Shown piece by piece: positions 26,054 through 39,376 of a stretch of 64,000 nucleotides of DNA (positions are counted from its first letter, which is position 1; each line of letters begins with the position of its first letter). A program made the translations under genes and the position numbers. The notes below the pieces were generated by a model. It was not told the DNA's origin. It searched no databases and worked only from the letters and a program-made list of their open reading frames with translations. The stretch comes from Azolla caroliniana. Lineage: Eukaryota > Plantae > Polypodiophyta. The stretch is from assembly GCA_043228905.1 (NCBI GenBank), contig JBHGNT010000003.1, positions 6,572,001 to 6,636,000 of the forward strand. The letters are read 5' to 3'.

Positions 26054-27622
26054 TGTTATGTGTTAACCACACATCTAACATATAATGATGTATATATTTC
26101 CTCATTGTAGGTTTTAGCTAGCATCACGTGCATAATTTCTCCCTTGTATTGTTTACACTTTGGCACATGCATGCGTACCTACTGCCTACAGGTTCTATTG
26201 TATCACATGTGTGCAACATGTATGCATGCCACTTAGTATAAATAGTTGAGTTCACCTTGAAGGAATTCAAGGTGAACAACGCCAGTCATGGACATATCAA
26301 TCTAGTATTCCCATTTCGCCTATCCTCTCTCCTTGATCTTCACCTCTATCTTTATGCTCTTGTGTCATTTTGTCATCGCTCCGTCGTAGCCTCATCATCC
26401 GTGCTCTGTCTTAGTCTGCACTTGGTGTGTCCGTGATAGTTTGTTCACCTTCCAACTAGAAGCATCACCCGTCTTCGTCATCGACCTTGCTTCTAGAGTT
26501 ACCATCATCAACATTGCTTCATTTCCTATCTTCCTCGCCATTTCTATCTCCTAGTTTCTTCTCATCATTTTCATTGCCTTTTAGTTTCTCCTCATCATTG
26601 TCTCTAATTTTTAGTTTCTTTCCCATTCATGTTCGTGTTCCAGTTCCCGGTGAGGGCTGCGCAAGGCCACTCACTCCCGTTGGTGTTGGTGTTCTAGTTC
26701 TCACTCTCGTTGATGTTTGTGTTCCAGTTCCCGGTGAGGTCCACACAAGGTCGCTCACTCCCGTTGGTGTTCGTGTTACGGTTCCCGGTGAGGTCCGCAC
26801 AAGGCCGCTCATTCCCGTTGGTGTTCGGGTTACAATTCCCGGTGCGGGCCGCATGGTCGCTCACGCTCGTTCATGTTCGAGTTCCCGGTGAGGGCCGCAT
26901 GGTCACTCACACACGTTCATGTTCGAGTTCCCGATGAGGGCCGCATGGTCGCTCACACCCGTTCGTGTTCGTGTTCCCGGTGAGGGCCGCACATGGCCAC
27001 TCACTCCCGTTCGTGTTCCTATTCCCAGTGAGGGCCGCATGGTTGCTCACTCCCGTTCGTGTTCCAGTCTCCGGTGACAACCGCACATGGTCGCTCACTC
27101 CAACTATTGTTCGTGTTCTAGATCCCAGTGAGGACTGACATGGTCACTCATACCCGTTGTTGTTCATGTTCCAGTTCCCGGTGAGGACCACACATGGTCG
27201 ATTAATCCCGTTCGTGTTCTTGTTCCCAGTGAGGGCCACATGGTCGCTCACTCGTTCATGTTCCATTTCTCGATGAGGACAACATGGTTGCTCACGCCCG
27301 TTGGTGTTTGTATTCCAACTCTCAGCGAGGACCGTTCCAGTTCCCGGCAAGGACCCCACATGGTCACTCATGCCCCTTGGTGTTCATGCTCCCCGTGAGG
27401 ACCGCACATGGTTGCTCACACCCGTTGATATTTGTGTTCCAGTCCTACGCGAGGACCACACATGGTCGCTCATGCCCGTTGGTGTTAAATACCTCGTCTT
27501 GTGGAAGGGTTACTCCTTCTCTAGGATTTACAAAATACTTTTGAGGTGATCTAAGATTTTCATCAACAATATCCCCCTAAGCCGACAAACGATTTGGGAA
27601 GGCGCTTGGTGTGTCCGTGACA
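26054..27622 (+). mobile_element. Non-coding LTR retrotransposon remnant with self-priming PBS (Tf1/Tcn1-type). 5' LTR ~26054-26438
   Basis: Starts TGTTATG and ends ...TGTCCGTGATA (deaminated TGTCACG...CGTGACA). TATA at 26237. Post-LTR TTGTTCACCTT (26441-26451) is complementary to AAGGTGAACAA (26269-26279). The LTR-end motif cttggtgtgtccgtgaca recurs, ending ~27621. No matching TSD found. Confidence 0.6.
26625..27485. repeat. GC-rich ~47-50-bp minisatellite inside the LTR remnant
   Basis: Unit approx. GTTCGTGTTCCAGTTCCCGGTGAGGGCCGCACATGGTCGCTCACTCCC repeated >15 times. Confidence 0.9.
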
Positions 27623-28051
27623 GGAAGAGGATATTTTCATAGACACTATAATTAGGTGTTTCTTTGATTCGAGGTGATTGCTTACTAGCTTGCATAAATG
27701 ACATAGTAGGCCATCTTCAGTGTATTGATGTATCATCCAAAATAGAACTTGCTCCTTCCTCCTAAATGTTGTCTTCCTCAAACATTATACGATCCCTAGA
27801 CTCTTCTAGACTTAACTATTATGGATTAGCTTTGCTTCCCTTTCTTTGTCTTTATCGTTTAGGTTTCACAATGTCCACTAGAGGGTAACAACATTACAAG
27901 AAGTCTCCTTCAAGTTTTGCTTTAAATTTGGCACTTTTTAAAATTATTGTCTCTCTTAGTTTGGAGTAAATGTAGTGAGGCCTTTTTGAGACATTTCGCA
28001 AACTCCTAACTTTATTTCCTATATAAGATAGTGGAAATCGGGAAGAGGAGG

Positions 28052-28283
28052 TAAAATTAGCCAATCCGGAATGGTTTTATAAGCACAAAGTTCCAACAGT
28101 GGGACATGGAATGCTAGTTGTAAACATATACATGAAGGAAGATCTAAACGAAGTACTATAACTTGATAAAATTAGCCAATCCGGAATGGATTTATAAGCA
28201 CAAAGTTCCAACGATGGGACATGGAATGCTAGTTGTAAACATATATGTGAAGGAAGATCTAAACGAAGTACTATAAACTTGAT
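28052..28283. repeat. Direct tandem duplication, 2 x ~115 bp
   Basis: taaaattagccaatccggaatgg...actataacttgat at 28052 and 28167. Confidence 0.9.
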
Positions 28284-28399
28284 TTGCATGGATATAATGA
28301 ATGATCCAAGATGTTCAAGATTAAATTTATTGGATGGCCTGGCAGACTTCACATTACATTGCAATAACCACACATGATAACGAACATGAAACTTAGGTT

Positions 28400-29500
28400 T
28401 CTCTATTGAAGAGTCGATTATGATACAAAATGCCCTTTCTAATATTTGGATGCAAATTGGATCTGCTATACAGAAGTGGATGAGTTTATTTACTCCATTG
28501 GATGTTTTAATTGGAGTTAGAGCCTATATTGGGGAACAAGAGTGTATGAGTTTTGATGTACAAGATGATGGTAGGTTAATCTTTACACCTAAGGAAAATG
28601 ATTTGTTTAGGTTTTGTTTGCATAAAGAAGTGAGGGTGATTGCAAATAATGGATCAAATTGGGTCTTAGACCCGAATCCTCAAAAGGTGAATTATTTTTT
28701 GGAGGATTTAGATTAGGGAAAGGAGACCAATATCTAGATTAACTTGGGATCCTGGAGAACTGTATTGGAATGTGTGGGTGTAAGATCACATCAAATACGT
28801 GCCTTTCTTTCAATATTCTGTGAAGATTGGTAGGAAAATATTAGGTGCTACTTCCAGTCTTGGAATGGATGCATAGGGAAGAGGGAACCAAAACTTGCTC
28901 TTTTTGTGGGCTTCACTTGGAATCAATGCAACATGCCTTATGGAACTATATGGCTGCATGCTCTGTTTGGAAACGTATGTTGCGTCTCATTGATGTTGCA
29001 TATGGACCTAATGTGATTACATGGGGAAATGTCTTTTGGATGGACGTAAATGTGGATAAACATAATTATGAAAGGGAAAATATATTGTTTACCCTTCAAA
29101 CTAGGGGAAGGCAAGTTAAGGACATACCATATTCAAGCCCAAATCGGTTGAATGTGGATGCCATAGTATGGGCTACGATATCGTCGGTGGTTCTATGGAA
29201 TATTTGGATAGGTCAATGCCAAAATGTGTTTTAGCAAATAAAGCAAAATCGTGTTCATTGTGTGAATGAAATCTGGTTGATGCTTATCTCAACTCTAAAA
29301 GGTCAATATGACTCCTTCACGGGTAATGAAGATATGATTTTTCTGAAACAACAATCCTTTAAAGGCAAATGGAAGGATTTGCTAGTTTTTGTGGAGAGAA
29401 ATGACAAAATGGAATGACAATATGTACCCCCGCAATGGTTGTTCCCTCCATAGGTGGAGGTTCGTTTCAATTTTGTCATAAGGGGGGATATCTTACCCGT
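28400..29500 (+). mobile_element. Decayed LINE (L1-like) ORF2 3' end
   Basis: zf-RVT-like CSFCGLHLESMQHALWNY, followed by ...SSVVLWNIWIGQCQNVF; multiple stops. Confidence 0.7.
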
Positions 29501-29591
29501 CACTAAAATGTACCATTATAAGTTTGTATTTGCTTATTGCATTGGTAATGGAAACTATGGTGTAGTTTATGTTAAATATATATATATATAT

Positions 29592-30450
29592 TAGGTGCTA
29601 GAAAATGGAAAGAACCAACTGCAAATGTTGTTTGGAGATGAAATGGACTTTATCCACAACATCTCAAACAATTTTGGAAATGGCTATGGCGTATAAAGAT
29701 AAGTAGGAAAATTGTTTGTTTTCTATAGTTGTTGGTTCATAAAGCTATACCAGTTAATGGGTAGCGAAAAGGAAATGTAGACAATATGTGCCCTTTCTGT
29801 ACGGATTTAATAGAGACTGTTAAACATTGTTTGTGGAGTTGTGGTTTTGCTATGGACATATGGAAACAAATCATAAAATTATTAACTCCAGTATATCCTA
29901 GAGCAATATATACATGGGGTGCAGTATTATGGGCGGTGGTACATGATAAACCTATGGTATAAGAATAGGTGGAGGTTGCAGATGCTATTATGATGAGACA
30001 TGGTTTGATGGAAAAAAAATTGATCTCTTTGAATCCACAAATACAAACGGATAAACCTCAAATATGGCAATTGGTAAGTAGTATTACAATTTAGTATATT
30101 TGGAAGGTGCGATGTTTGAAGGTATTTCAAAATGTGACTGAAAGACCTGCCCAAATAATTTCGGGAATTTGGATAGAGATTGTGCATAATCTCAGAGGAT
30201 TGTTTGATAGTATAAAAGGCAATACGCACCAAGCGGAGCTTAAGTGTTTAGAGTTTCATGCCATCTGAGACATAGGTATATTTTATAGACAATTTTTTGA
30301 TAAGGTGGAGTGGTTTACTCAACACCAAAGTATTTATTTAAGCCAATCGTTAGAATTTAGAAAAATATAGGGGATTTGTGTGATATTGTATGTTTAGCCT
30401 TATGGTGTTTTCTAATACTAATTTAGTGTCTTTTTTTGGAAAAAAGAGAG
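29592..30450 (+). mobile_element. Second decayed LINE ORF2 3' end
   Basis: At ~29786 reads ICPFCTDLIETVKHCLWSCGFAMDIWKQI (zf-RVT), later IWQLVSSITI*YIWKVRCLKVF; starts right after a (TA)n run. Confidence 0.7.
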
Positions 30451-30489
30451 AGTCAAATGATGAAGATTTGCAATTGCCTTGTCTGTAGT

Positions 30490-32120
30490 TTTAGTAGTAG
30501 GAAGATGTTGCGAAACTACAACTTGAATTTTTCATAGTTGTATAATGTATTATATGATCTTTGGTAGAAAGATTCCTAGATATTTTTGAATATTTGAAGC
30601 ATAGTCCAATGAGGAGGACAACATGTGTTCGTAATGAAGGGGTTTTGTCTAGTAGAAGAGTGGAGTAAATTATTGTGAGGAAATTCCACAAAAGATAAGA
30701 ACTCAACACAATCAAGGTGTTGAAATTTGATAAAGTAGAGATATTTCTATATCATCTTATTTGTGCACTTGGTTTGTCCATCACTTTGTATATGATAGCT
30801 CATAGAGAGTTTACAAGATATTTTAAGCAACTAGCGTCAATAAGTGTTATCAAAACTTTGAGATGAATTGTGGCCCACGATTGCTAATAATTTCATATAG
30901 GAAACCATGGTAACTAAATACTTGTCTAATTACTAAGGCAATTATCTCATGACTATTGATAAATTGTGGTGCATGGAAGAAAACACGTCCATCTAGAAGT
31001 GAATTGATATGCCATTTGAGGATGGCATTGAAACACTTGGAAGATAGGAGATATGTAATCAAATCTAATAAAATGGATTTTCATGGACCATGAGAATTTG
31101 ATAATGTCTACAACAAACTAGATGGACAATGTTCAAGTATTTTTGACTACATAATTAAGTGTGAACATATGCGTCAGTGGAAATTATAAATATAAGGTTT
31201 ACTAACACTTTTAGTTAACTAGCTTTTAAAGTATTGTGAACTGCAAAATTCCCAACCATTGGTGCATCATCGTAATATTGTTGGACTTGGACTTGGGAAT
31301 GGACATTATATGACTTGGACCAACATATGAGTCTATGACCCATTCAAAAGAGTAACCTAACCCTTCATGCTAATGAATTGCTTATAATATGTAGGAGACT
31401 TCCTAGATACTCTTGAGCAAGAAGCAAGATCTAGAAAAATATGAGCTAAGACATCTTGGACAAAATTATTCTTACAAATATGTGTATGAATGGAATTGAG
31501 TATACTTACATGCATAGGTGCTTCAAACTCCTTAATATCATCACTCATTGACAATCAAGACCCAAGATGACTTGCTTTTGATAGTCATAAAGGTAGGCTT
31601 TTCCAAACAAGTTTTCATATAAGAGTTTTAGGAAGGAGCATTTGTTTTTCCTTTTGTTGTCCTTGGGTGATATAGGGGTCAAGAAATCAAAATGAGCCAA
31701 AATTTGTGTCCAACAATCTTTTCATCAACTCAGGACTTTAGCATTCTAGACATTAAAAGAATCCATAATGGCTTGACGCGCTTGTCATGAATTTTAGAAT
31801 TGGTTTTTACTGTTTCAAATTTTCATGAATGAAATGCATTTGAATGCAACTATCCATTCAACTACAAATTTGGATGCATCAACGTCTAGAATGAAGGGTT
31901 TGGCTAGGTCAAAGTGGACCAAAAGGGCATGGCATATGTACACATTTGTTTAAAGCTTTCATGAGGTTTGAGGACATGAAGTCCATGTAATCGGTTTAAT
32001 TCTTGTTCAAGCTATGTGAGAGACAACATGATGTTGGACTAATTCCCGATGAACTTATGGTAGAAATTCATAAATCCCCAAAAACATTGCATGTTCTGTA
32101 CATATGTTTGCCATCTAAAA
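30490..32120 (-). mobile_element. Highly degenerate Ty3/Gypsy pol fragment (RNase H to integrase)
   Basis: Minus-strand remnants FWGFMNFYHKFI, PFILDVDASKF and HGFLYEIISNRGPQFISKF. Confidence 0.65.
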
Positions 32121-32282
32121 TTCTTTGAACTTTCACTCAAACCATATACCCCTCTAGTTTTGGACTTGGTTCTGCCCCCATCGAGTACGCCCATTCTTGG
32201 TAGTTGTCCTTGTGCTTCATTCCCAATAGGCAAGACTCAAGAGGAGTGGGCCGGACATCATAAATCTAGGTCTTGCGGTCTA

Positions 32283-35200
32283 GCCTGATGCAACACACAA
32301 GGACTTCCCAGTGTGGGAACAAGCGGCAAGCAGAGTAATGTACTGCTTTGCGTCCAGTGTCGGAGACCAGCTGCTGAGCCATGTCCGAGATGCGAAGACA
32401 CCAAAAGAAGCTTTGGGGAAACCTGAAGAAGGTTTTCGCGGCAAGCACTACGACTCGGAAGCTGCAACTCCGACAGGAGTTGAGCAATGTCCGACAGAAG
32501 GACATGGCGGTAGCCGATTACACGACCCTAATCAAAGAGATCTGTGACTCACTTGCCTCTATCAACGTCACTGTAGAGGAAGATGAGATGGTGCAGATCT
32601 GTCTTGGGGGCCTAGTGCCTAAGTTCAGAGTGTTCCGAACGGCGGTATGTACAAGGCAGAATACGCCGTCATTTTTCGATTTACAGTCGATGCTCCTTGT
32701 AGAGGAGAACCACGCCGGTGTGTCAACTATTGCACCCACCGACAACCGGATGCTATACACGGAGGAGGATTAGCCCCGTGTGCGTGGTGGACAAGGCGGG
32801 TCGGCTCGCAATGGTAGCGGTTGGCAAGAGCAGGACCGAAGGCATAGAGAACGTGTTGACAGCAGTTCCAGACCCTCCACAAGCAGGGGGAGTCAAAGCG
32901 GCGCCAGAGGCTGACAGGCAAAGGCCGACACGGAATGTTGGTACTATGGCAAAAAGGGCCACAGGGAAAGCGAGTGTGGGAAGAAGCGCGCCGATTTAGA
33001 CAGATCCGGATCCGGCAAGGCCGGTAGAGAGAACCGACAATACTCGCACTATGTAGAAGGATCGGGAGGATCCAAAACCGCAAAAGCCGGTAAAGGGCCA
33101 ACCTTGGTGATGAAACATGAGGCTAACTCGATGAAGAAGACCACTTCCAAATCGGAGGAAGTGTGGTACGTTGATTCTGGTGTGTCGAATCACATGACGA
33201 GCCACAAAGAGTGGTTCTCTTTCTTGGAGAAACCGGAATAACCGGGAGTTGTCGAAACCGGAGACGACACTCCTCACCGAATCCTACATATCGGAGAAGT
33301 CCCTTTGAGCCACGTCGGACAGAGGGGGAAGCTGATGAACGTATTACACGTTCCGACTATCACGAAGAACCTTGTGTTAGTTAGTCAGATCTTTGACCAG
33401 GGGATGCAGGTGCGGTTTACGCACCTTGGGTGCTTCATCGAGGAAGAGGGCCAAATTATTGCGCAAGGGCGCAGAGATGGGAGGATGTTCATCCTCAACA
33501 CCAATGACGTCGACACTGCTTTGTTCGCCAAAGGACAGAAGATTGAATCGGATATTGATTTCTGGCACAAGCAGATCGACCATGTCAATTACCGGAGGCT
33601 TCAAAACCTGCAAACGAAACAAGTTGTTTTCGGTTTGCCGAAGTTCAGGGCCGGAAGGCCCAAATATGTGAAACTTGCCAACTCAGGAAGCAACATTGGC
33701 TTCCATTCCCCACTGAATGAAACTGTAGTTGTAACAAGCTCGACCTTATTCATTCGGATGTATGGGGACCGGCACAGAACGTTAGTCTTGGCGGGGGTCG
33801 ATACTTCGTCTCCTTCATTGACGACTACAACTGGCACACATGGATCTACCTCATTGAGCGGAAGAGCGATGTCTTCGAGTGTTTCCGGAACCTGCAAAGC
33901 CTGGTTGAACGGGAAATAGAGAGGAAGATCAAGTGCCTGCGGTTGGATGGCGAAAAAGAATATTTTTCCGGCCAATTCAATACTTATCTGCAGCAAAAAG
34001 GAATTCGGAGAGAGTTCAGCTGCAAATACACACCGGAGCAAATGGTGTGGCCGAGAGGAAGAACCAGTCGATTATCGACGCAGCAAGGGCGATGCTGGAG
34101 GAGAAGAGCATGCCCAAATTCTACTGGGCTGAGGCGGTCCGGACAACCGTCTATATCCAAAACCGGATCGGTGACAAGGTGTCCGCGCATGAGTTGTATT
34201 TTGGGCGCAAGACGAATTTGAGACACCTTCGGATATTCGGTAGCATTGCATATGTGCATGTGGCGGATGAGAAGCAGAGGAAGTTGGATGCAAAGTCGGA
34301 GAAATGCATCCTGATCGGTTACTCGTATGAGCAAAAGGGGTATAAGTGTTATAACCCCCATACGAAGTAGGTCTGAGTAAGCCGAGATGTTGAGTTTGAT
34401 GAGACATCATCATGGTATGCCTTACCGGCTCCGACTTCCGACCCCAACCCGATACCGGAGGATGCGGCTCGTGAGCCTGAACCGGTCCAATTAGAAGACG
34501 AAGGGATCGAGACTCTAGATGTGAGTCCGGAATCGTTTCGGTTGAGCGGGCTGAACGAGCGGCTGAGTCGGGATGACCTGTCGGATGAGGAACTGGCGAG
34601 TAGTGGAGACTTTGTCGTGCTCTCCCTACGCAAGGAACCGAGGAGACGGTTCACGCGCAAAGAGAAGGGGCAGAAGAAGATGCCGGAATACGAAGCCGGC
34701 AACGTTGAGTCGGATCGGAGCGAATCCAACTCCGGTAAGGAAGAAGGTGGATCTTCGGGAACAAAGTCCAAACTGGCCAAGAAGGGCCTGAAACCGGGTA
34801 ACGATAGATTATGCCGGTCTTCCCGCCAGAAGAACCCCGTGAAGCGGTACGGGTACAATGAGTACATGGCGCATCACTATGCATACATGACCAAGGTGGC
34901 GGCAGTGCGTGAGCCGGAGAGCTACGCAAAAGCGGCAAAGGATGCAAATTGGCGTGCCGCTATGGAGGAAGAAATGCGGGCACTTGATGCCAACGACACA
35001 TGGGACCTAGTTGACCCTCCCCGACACTGTAAACCGATCGGATGTAAGTGGGTGTACAAGGTAAAGTATAATGCTGACGGTTCGGTTAACCGGTACAAGG
35101 CTCGGTTAGTAACGAAGGGATACGCGCAGACCCATGGAATCGACTACGACGAGACCTTCGCTCCGGTAGCGAAGATGACGACGGTTCGTGTCGTGCTGGT

Positions 35201-37289
35201 GGTTGCAGCGGCAAGGGGGTGGTATCTTCACCCCCCAGTTTCCAGTCGGAGATGAACATGCCGGTTGAAGAAGTCACTTTATGGCCTGAAGCTAGCCCCC
35301 CGAGCTTGGAATGCGAAGATCACGCACCGGTTGCATAAGATGGGGTTTGCAGCCTCCAAGTCCGACTCTTTGTTGTTCATCCGGCAAGGTTTGAACAATT
35401 CGGTTTGCATCTTGCTGTATGTTGATGATCTAGTCATCACCGGACCCGGACTCAATGAAATCAGCCAAGTCAAGTCCCAGTTGTCAGACGCATTTGAGAT
35501 GAAGGACCTGGGGGACCATCGCTATTTCCTTGGGATCGAGGTGATCCGAATCCCCGATGGCATATTGCTCTCACAAAGACACTATGTGTTGAATATACTG
35601 TTCAAGTTCGGTATTACGTAATGTCGACCGATCTCCACACCCCTGGACCGGAACCAGAAGTTCCGTCCCGACTCCGGACCAGCCTGCGATGAGAAACGGT
35701 CTGACAAATTGTCGGAAGCCTTATATATTTGACAATCACCCGACCCGACATCAGTTATCCGGTCGGCGTGATCAACCAATATATGCAGAAGCCGACCGTG
35801 GAGCACCTTCTGTGTGCGCATCGAATTTTGCGATATGTGAGCGGCACGAAGGACCGGGGACTGTTATATCGGCATAGTATACCCGAAGAGCTAGTCGGCT
35901 ACACCGATGCCGACTGGGCCGGCGATGCATTAGATCACCGATCCACCTCCAGCTATATGTTTTCCCTTGGTAGCACGAGAGTTACGTGGAGCAGCAAAAA
36001 GCAACCAACAATGGCCCTTTCGAGCACTAAGGCTGAATATCGGGGCGCTACCATTGCCACCTGTGAAGCCATTTGGCTTCGGCGACTGCTGCAAGACCTG
36101 CGGATCGAGGTGCCGACCCCAATCCTGATTAATTGTGACAACATAAGCAGCATGCAACTCGCCAAGAACCCTGTATTCCATGCTTGCACAAAGCACATAG
36201 AAGTGCACTACCACTTCGTGCGTGAGCGTGTCCTAAGCGGTGAAGTCGAACTTCAATATGTTCATACGGATCGGCAAGTTGCCGACACCTTCACCAAACC
36301 GCTTGGATCGGACAAGTTGCATCACTTCACCAAAATGCTTGGTGTTCAGCATCTCGACGTGCCACACTTGAGGGGGAGAACGGGCAACGACACCGGAACG
36401 GGCAAAGGCAAAGAAAATGCCGATTGCGCCAATGAGGGCAGAACCGACAAAGGGATAGATAAGAAGAAGAAAGGAGCCGAGTCCACAAAGGAGGTTGACA
36501 CATCCGAACAAGTCGGAACAAGCGGCAACGGCGGCAGAGTCAAGAAGGACAGAGCCGGCCGGAAGAAGAAGGCCAAGAGCCGGAAATGGTCTGATGTGGT
36601 GAAGGGCCCGGAATCGGAAGACGAATCAAGAGAGACCGATTCAGACAAGAGCTGGAACGAATCAAAGACAACCAATTCGGTTCAACAAACGGATTCGGAA
36701 GAACTGGATCAATTCAAGGCCAAGAGGACGAGAAGGCAGGGAAAGGCAGGGTGAATCGGCAAGTGCCGAAGTAATAGCAGCGAGGGAGCTGAATTGGGCC
36801 TATTGAGCAGAAAAGTCGACCGAGGAGGTCGAGGTGCACAAAATCAGAAGAGCCGTGGCAAACGAGACCAGACCAGACGAGGAGTACAAGCGAGGCGGCC
36901 AGAAGGAGCCGAGGGGAAGGACCAGCTGCCATGGAGATTGACACTATGATCCAACCTAAAGTTGAGCTTGAGGGGGAGTGTTGAGCGGCAAGCTCAACCG
37001 GATCTGGATCGGCATCCAGAAGGATGAGCCGAATCAGTGAGCCGGTTAGCTGGATCCAGTAGTAACCGGAAGCCTAGTAGCAGCCTAAACTACTAGGTAG
37101 TTAATGTTTCGTAGTTAGTGTCAGACGCTCGTGTGAGCATTGAAGTACACCGTACTTCTGTCAGTCCTCTTAGGACTTGTATAAATAGTGTTGTTGAGCA
37201 CATTGTATGTATATAGTATTTTACAAAGTTTTTGATAATAGATTTATGTTGTTTTGCTCTTTCTCTGTCTCTCCTGCATACCTTCTGTG

Positions 37290-37346
<57 letters not shown>

Positions 37347-37397
37347 TGCTATCCGGGTAAGCCAGTTGTCTAAAGCTTCCGCACCTTTGTTTTTACA
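32283..37397 (+). mobile_element. Ty1/Copia LTR retrotransposon, 5'-truncated, pseudogenised (Copia-1)
   Basis: gag (ARKLQLRQEL-type), protease WYVDSG, integrase (FIDDY...FYWAEAV), RT (PIGCKWVYKVK, LLYVDDL), RNase H (GYTDADWAG, KHIEVHYHFVRE). PPT 36968-36978. Frameshifts and a deletion in RT near 35230. Confidence 0.95.
36979..37397 (+). repeat. 3' LTR of Copia-1
   Basis: Follows PPT TTGAGGGGGAG; TGTTGAG...TTTTACA termini match those of Copia-2 LTRs; TATA gtataaatag at ~37179. Confidence 0.85.
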
Positions 37398-38922
37398 TGG
37401 AGCATGCAAATGTAGTGTAAGTGTGAGGTCTTGTCTTCTTCTTCAATTTGAGAGTGCTATACAAAATGTATAGAAAATACACATATACAAAAAACAGAGA
37501 CAATTATATGGCAAAGAGATGATCTATATTATTCGTTATCATCCTCTACAAAGAGGAGTACCTCTTATTTATACATGATTGGGCTTAGCCCTAACTCCAA
37601 GGGGAGTTCACAATAGAAGTACAATGGTCGGGAGTAGGACTTTTAGTCCCAACAATCCTAAGTTAAGATTTTATATCCTAGAAATTCCACTTGATTGTGT
37701 CAAAAGTACACTTACGACTTTGGCATAGTATTCTTGTTATAACTGTTGTAGAACATGGCAAATGTAGACATGCTGCTCTCTCTAACTATTCGAATAGATC
37801 AAGATGTCATTCACATAAATTATGATAAAGATGTTCACTAAATCTAGAAAAATATCATTTGCCATTTGTTGAAAGGTTTTTTATGCATTCATGAGAATGA
37901 AAATATAAGTGTGTACTCAAAGTGTCCATATAGAGCATGCTACCCTTCAATTGTATTGAAGAATTTTGTGAACTCTTGATACTTCATTGATAGTTGGATC
38001 GCAAAACTATGAAGGATGGATGATGGAGTTTCTAAAACTAAGAATTTAAGCATATCCTCCTTCCTTCCTTATTCGCATAACCTCTGTAGAGAGATAATCA
38101 AGATTTGATGGGATTTTGAACTCATCGTGGTCAACGTGAGACACTCAAGAGTTCCTTGAATATTTTTGAAGTTTTCAATTGCATGGTTTCTCCAATTAAT
38201 ATTTGGATAATGTAGTTCATGTTGAAAACCAAACTCAACGATGTCCAATGTGTGAATACATGTGTGTTGGTTCCATCATTAGCATTTAATCCACTTCTTC
38301 TTCTTCTTCTTCTTCAACTATTATTGTGATATTTTCGTAGTAAAAAATGAGGAAAAGGATACTATATATGTTGGTCCCTTATAACTTGATACCTATTGAA
38401 AAGCTACAAGAGGGTGATTGTATATAAAGTAACCCTCTTCTAAATTGGTGCCATGACCATACATACAACCTTTTAGAGACTCAAAACCATGATTTCCAAA
38501 TAACTACCATTAAACTTTCCAAATTTCCAAATGACTACCATTAAACCTTTTAGAGACTCAAAACCATGATTTCCAAATGACCATACATATTTGTGTGGCA
38601 ACAAAGTTCTACACAACAAAACTTTACAAAGAAGCCAAAGATCAACGTGCTAGGGTAGTTTGACAATGTACAATCTCAATTTTGAGGATTTCTAAACTAG
38701 GTGAAAATTTACAAAAAGTGAGTGATGAGAAGGCACAACAACATGTTGGACTTCCAAATGATTCTATTCACTTGAGATGGCTCTAATATCTTTACAGCAA
38801 CAAGTTCTACACAACAAAACTCTTTAACAAAGTCAAGTATCAAATTGCTAGAAAAGGTTTTTGGTACATACTGTCAAATATTTTAGATACATCCCAACCA
38901 ATATCTAACCTACATAGCTAGA

Positions 38923-39376
38923 TGTTAGAGACATGTACTAATGTAAGCATTAGATAAGGATAGAATATAGATAGATAGATAGAAAGGAGAGAGAGAAAGA
39001 AGGGTGCCGATCCACCCGACCACCCCCGAGCGAAGGGATCGAGACAGACTCAAGTCTTGATCGGCGTCCCATACCATCAACGTGGCGTCGAGTCGTACCT
39101 GGTGTTGGTGCGCTCACTACAAGAGTTGACCCACCATAAGACAAAGTCTCGACGTAGTCAACCAAATCAAATGAGGGTAGCTAAGCCTCTTATTTATAGC
39201 AATACCCAAGGCCCCTAGGCAAGTTCACACTTGGCCTAATGGGTTGTCTCAATCCCAAGGATTAAAAGTAATCCTCCCCTTCTTTACACTCTCGTTTAAC
39301 CCTCACGCTTATCCACATGTATAGAATGCTACAGTAAATTCTCACCACGGGATATTATATGGTCATGCCCATAACA
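38923..39376 (-). repeat. 3' LTR of chromovirus
   Basis: TGTTA...TAACA termini; adjacent PPT (minus) AAAGAGGGGGAGTA at ~39377-39390; TATA on minus at ~39192-39199. Confidence 0.8.

Noticed and set aside
26487-27549. Pro/Thr/Gly-rich ORFs as an extensin- or mucin-like gene
   Set aside because: They arise from a minisatellite with frame-breaking unit lengths inside an LTR remnant; no splice structure
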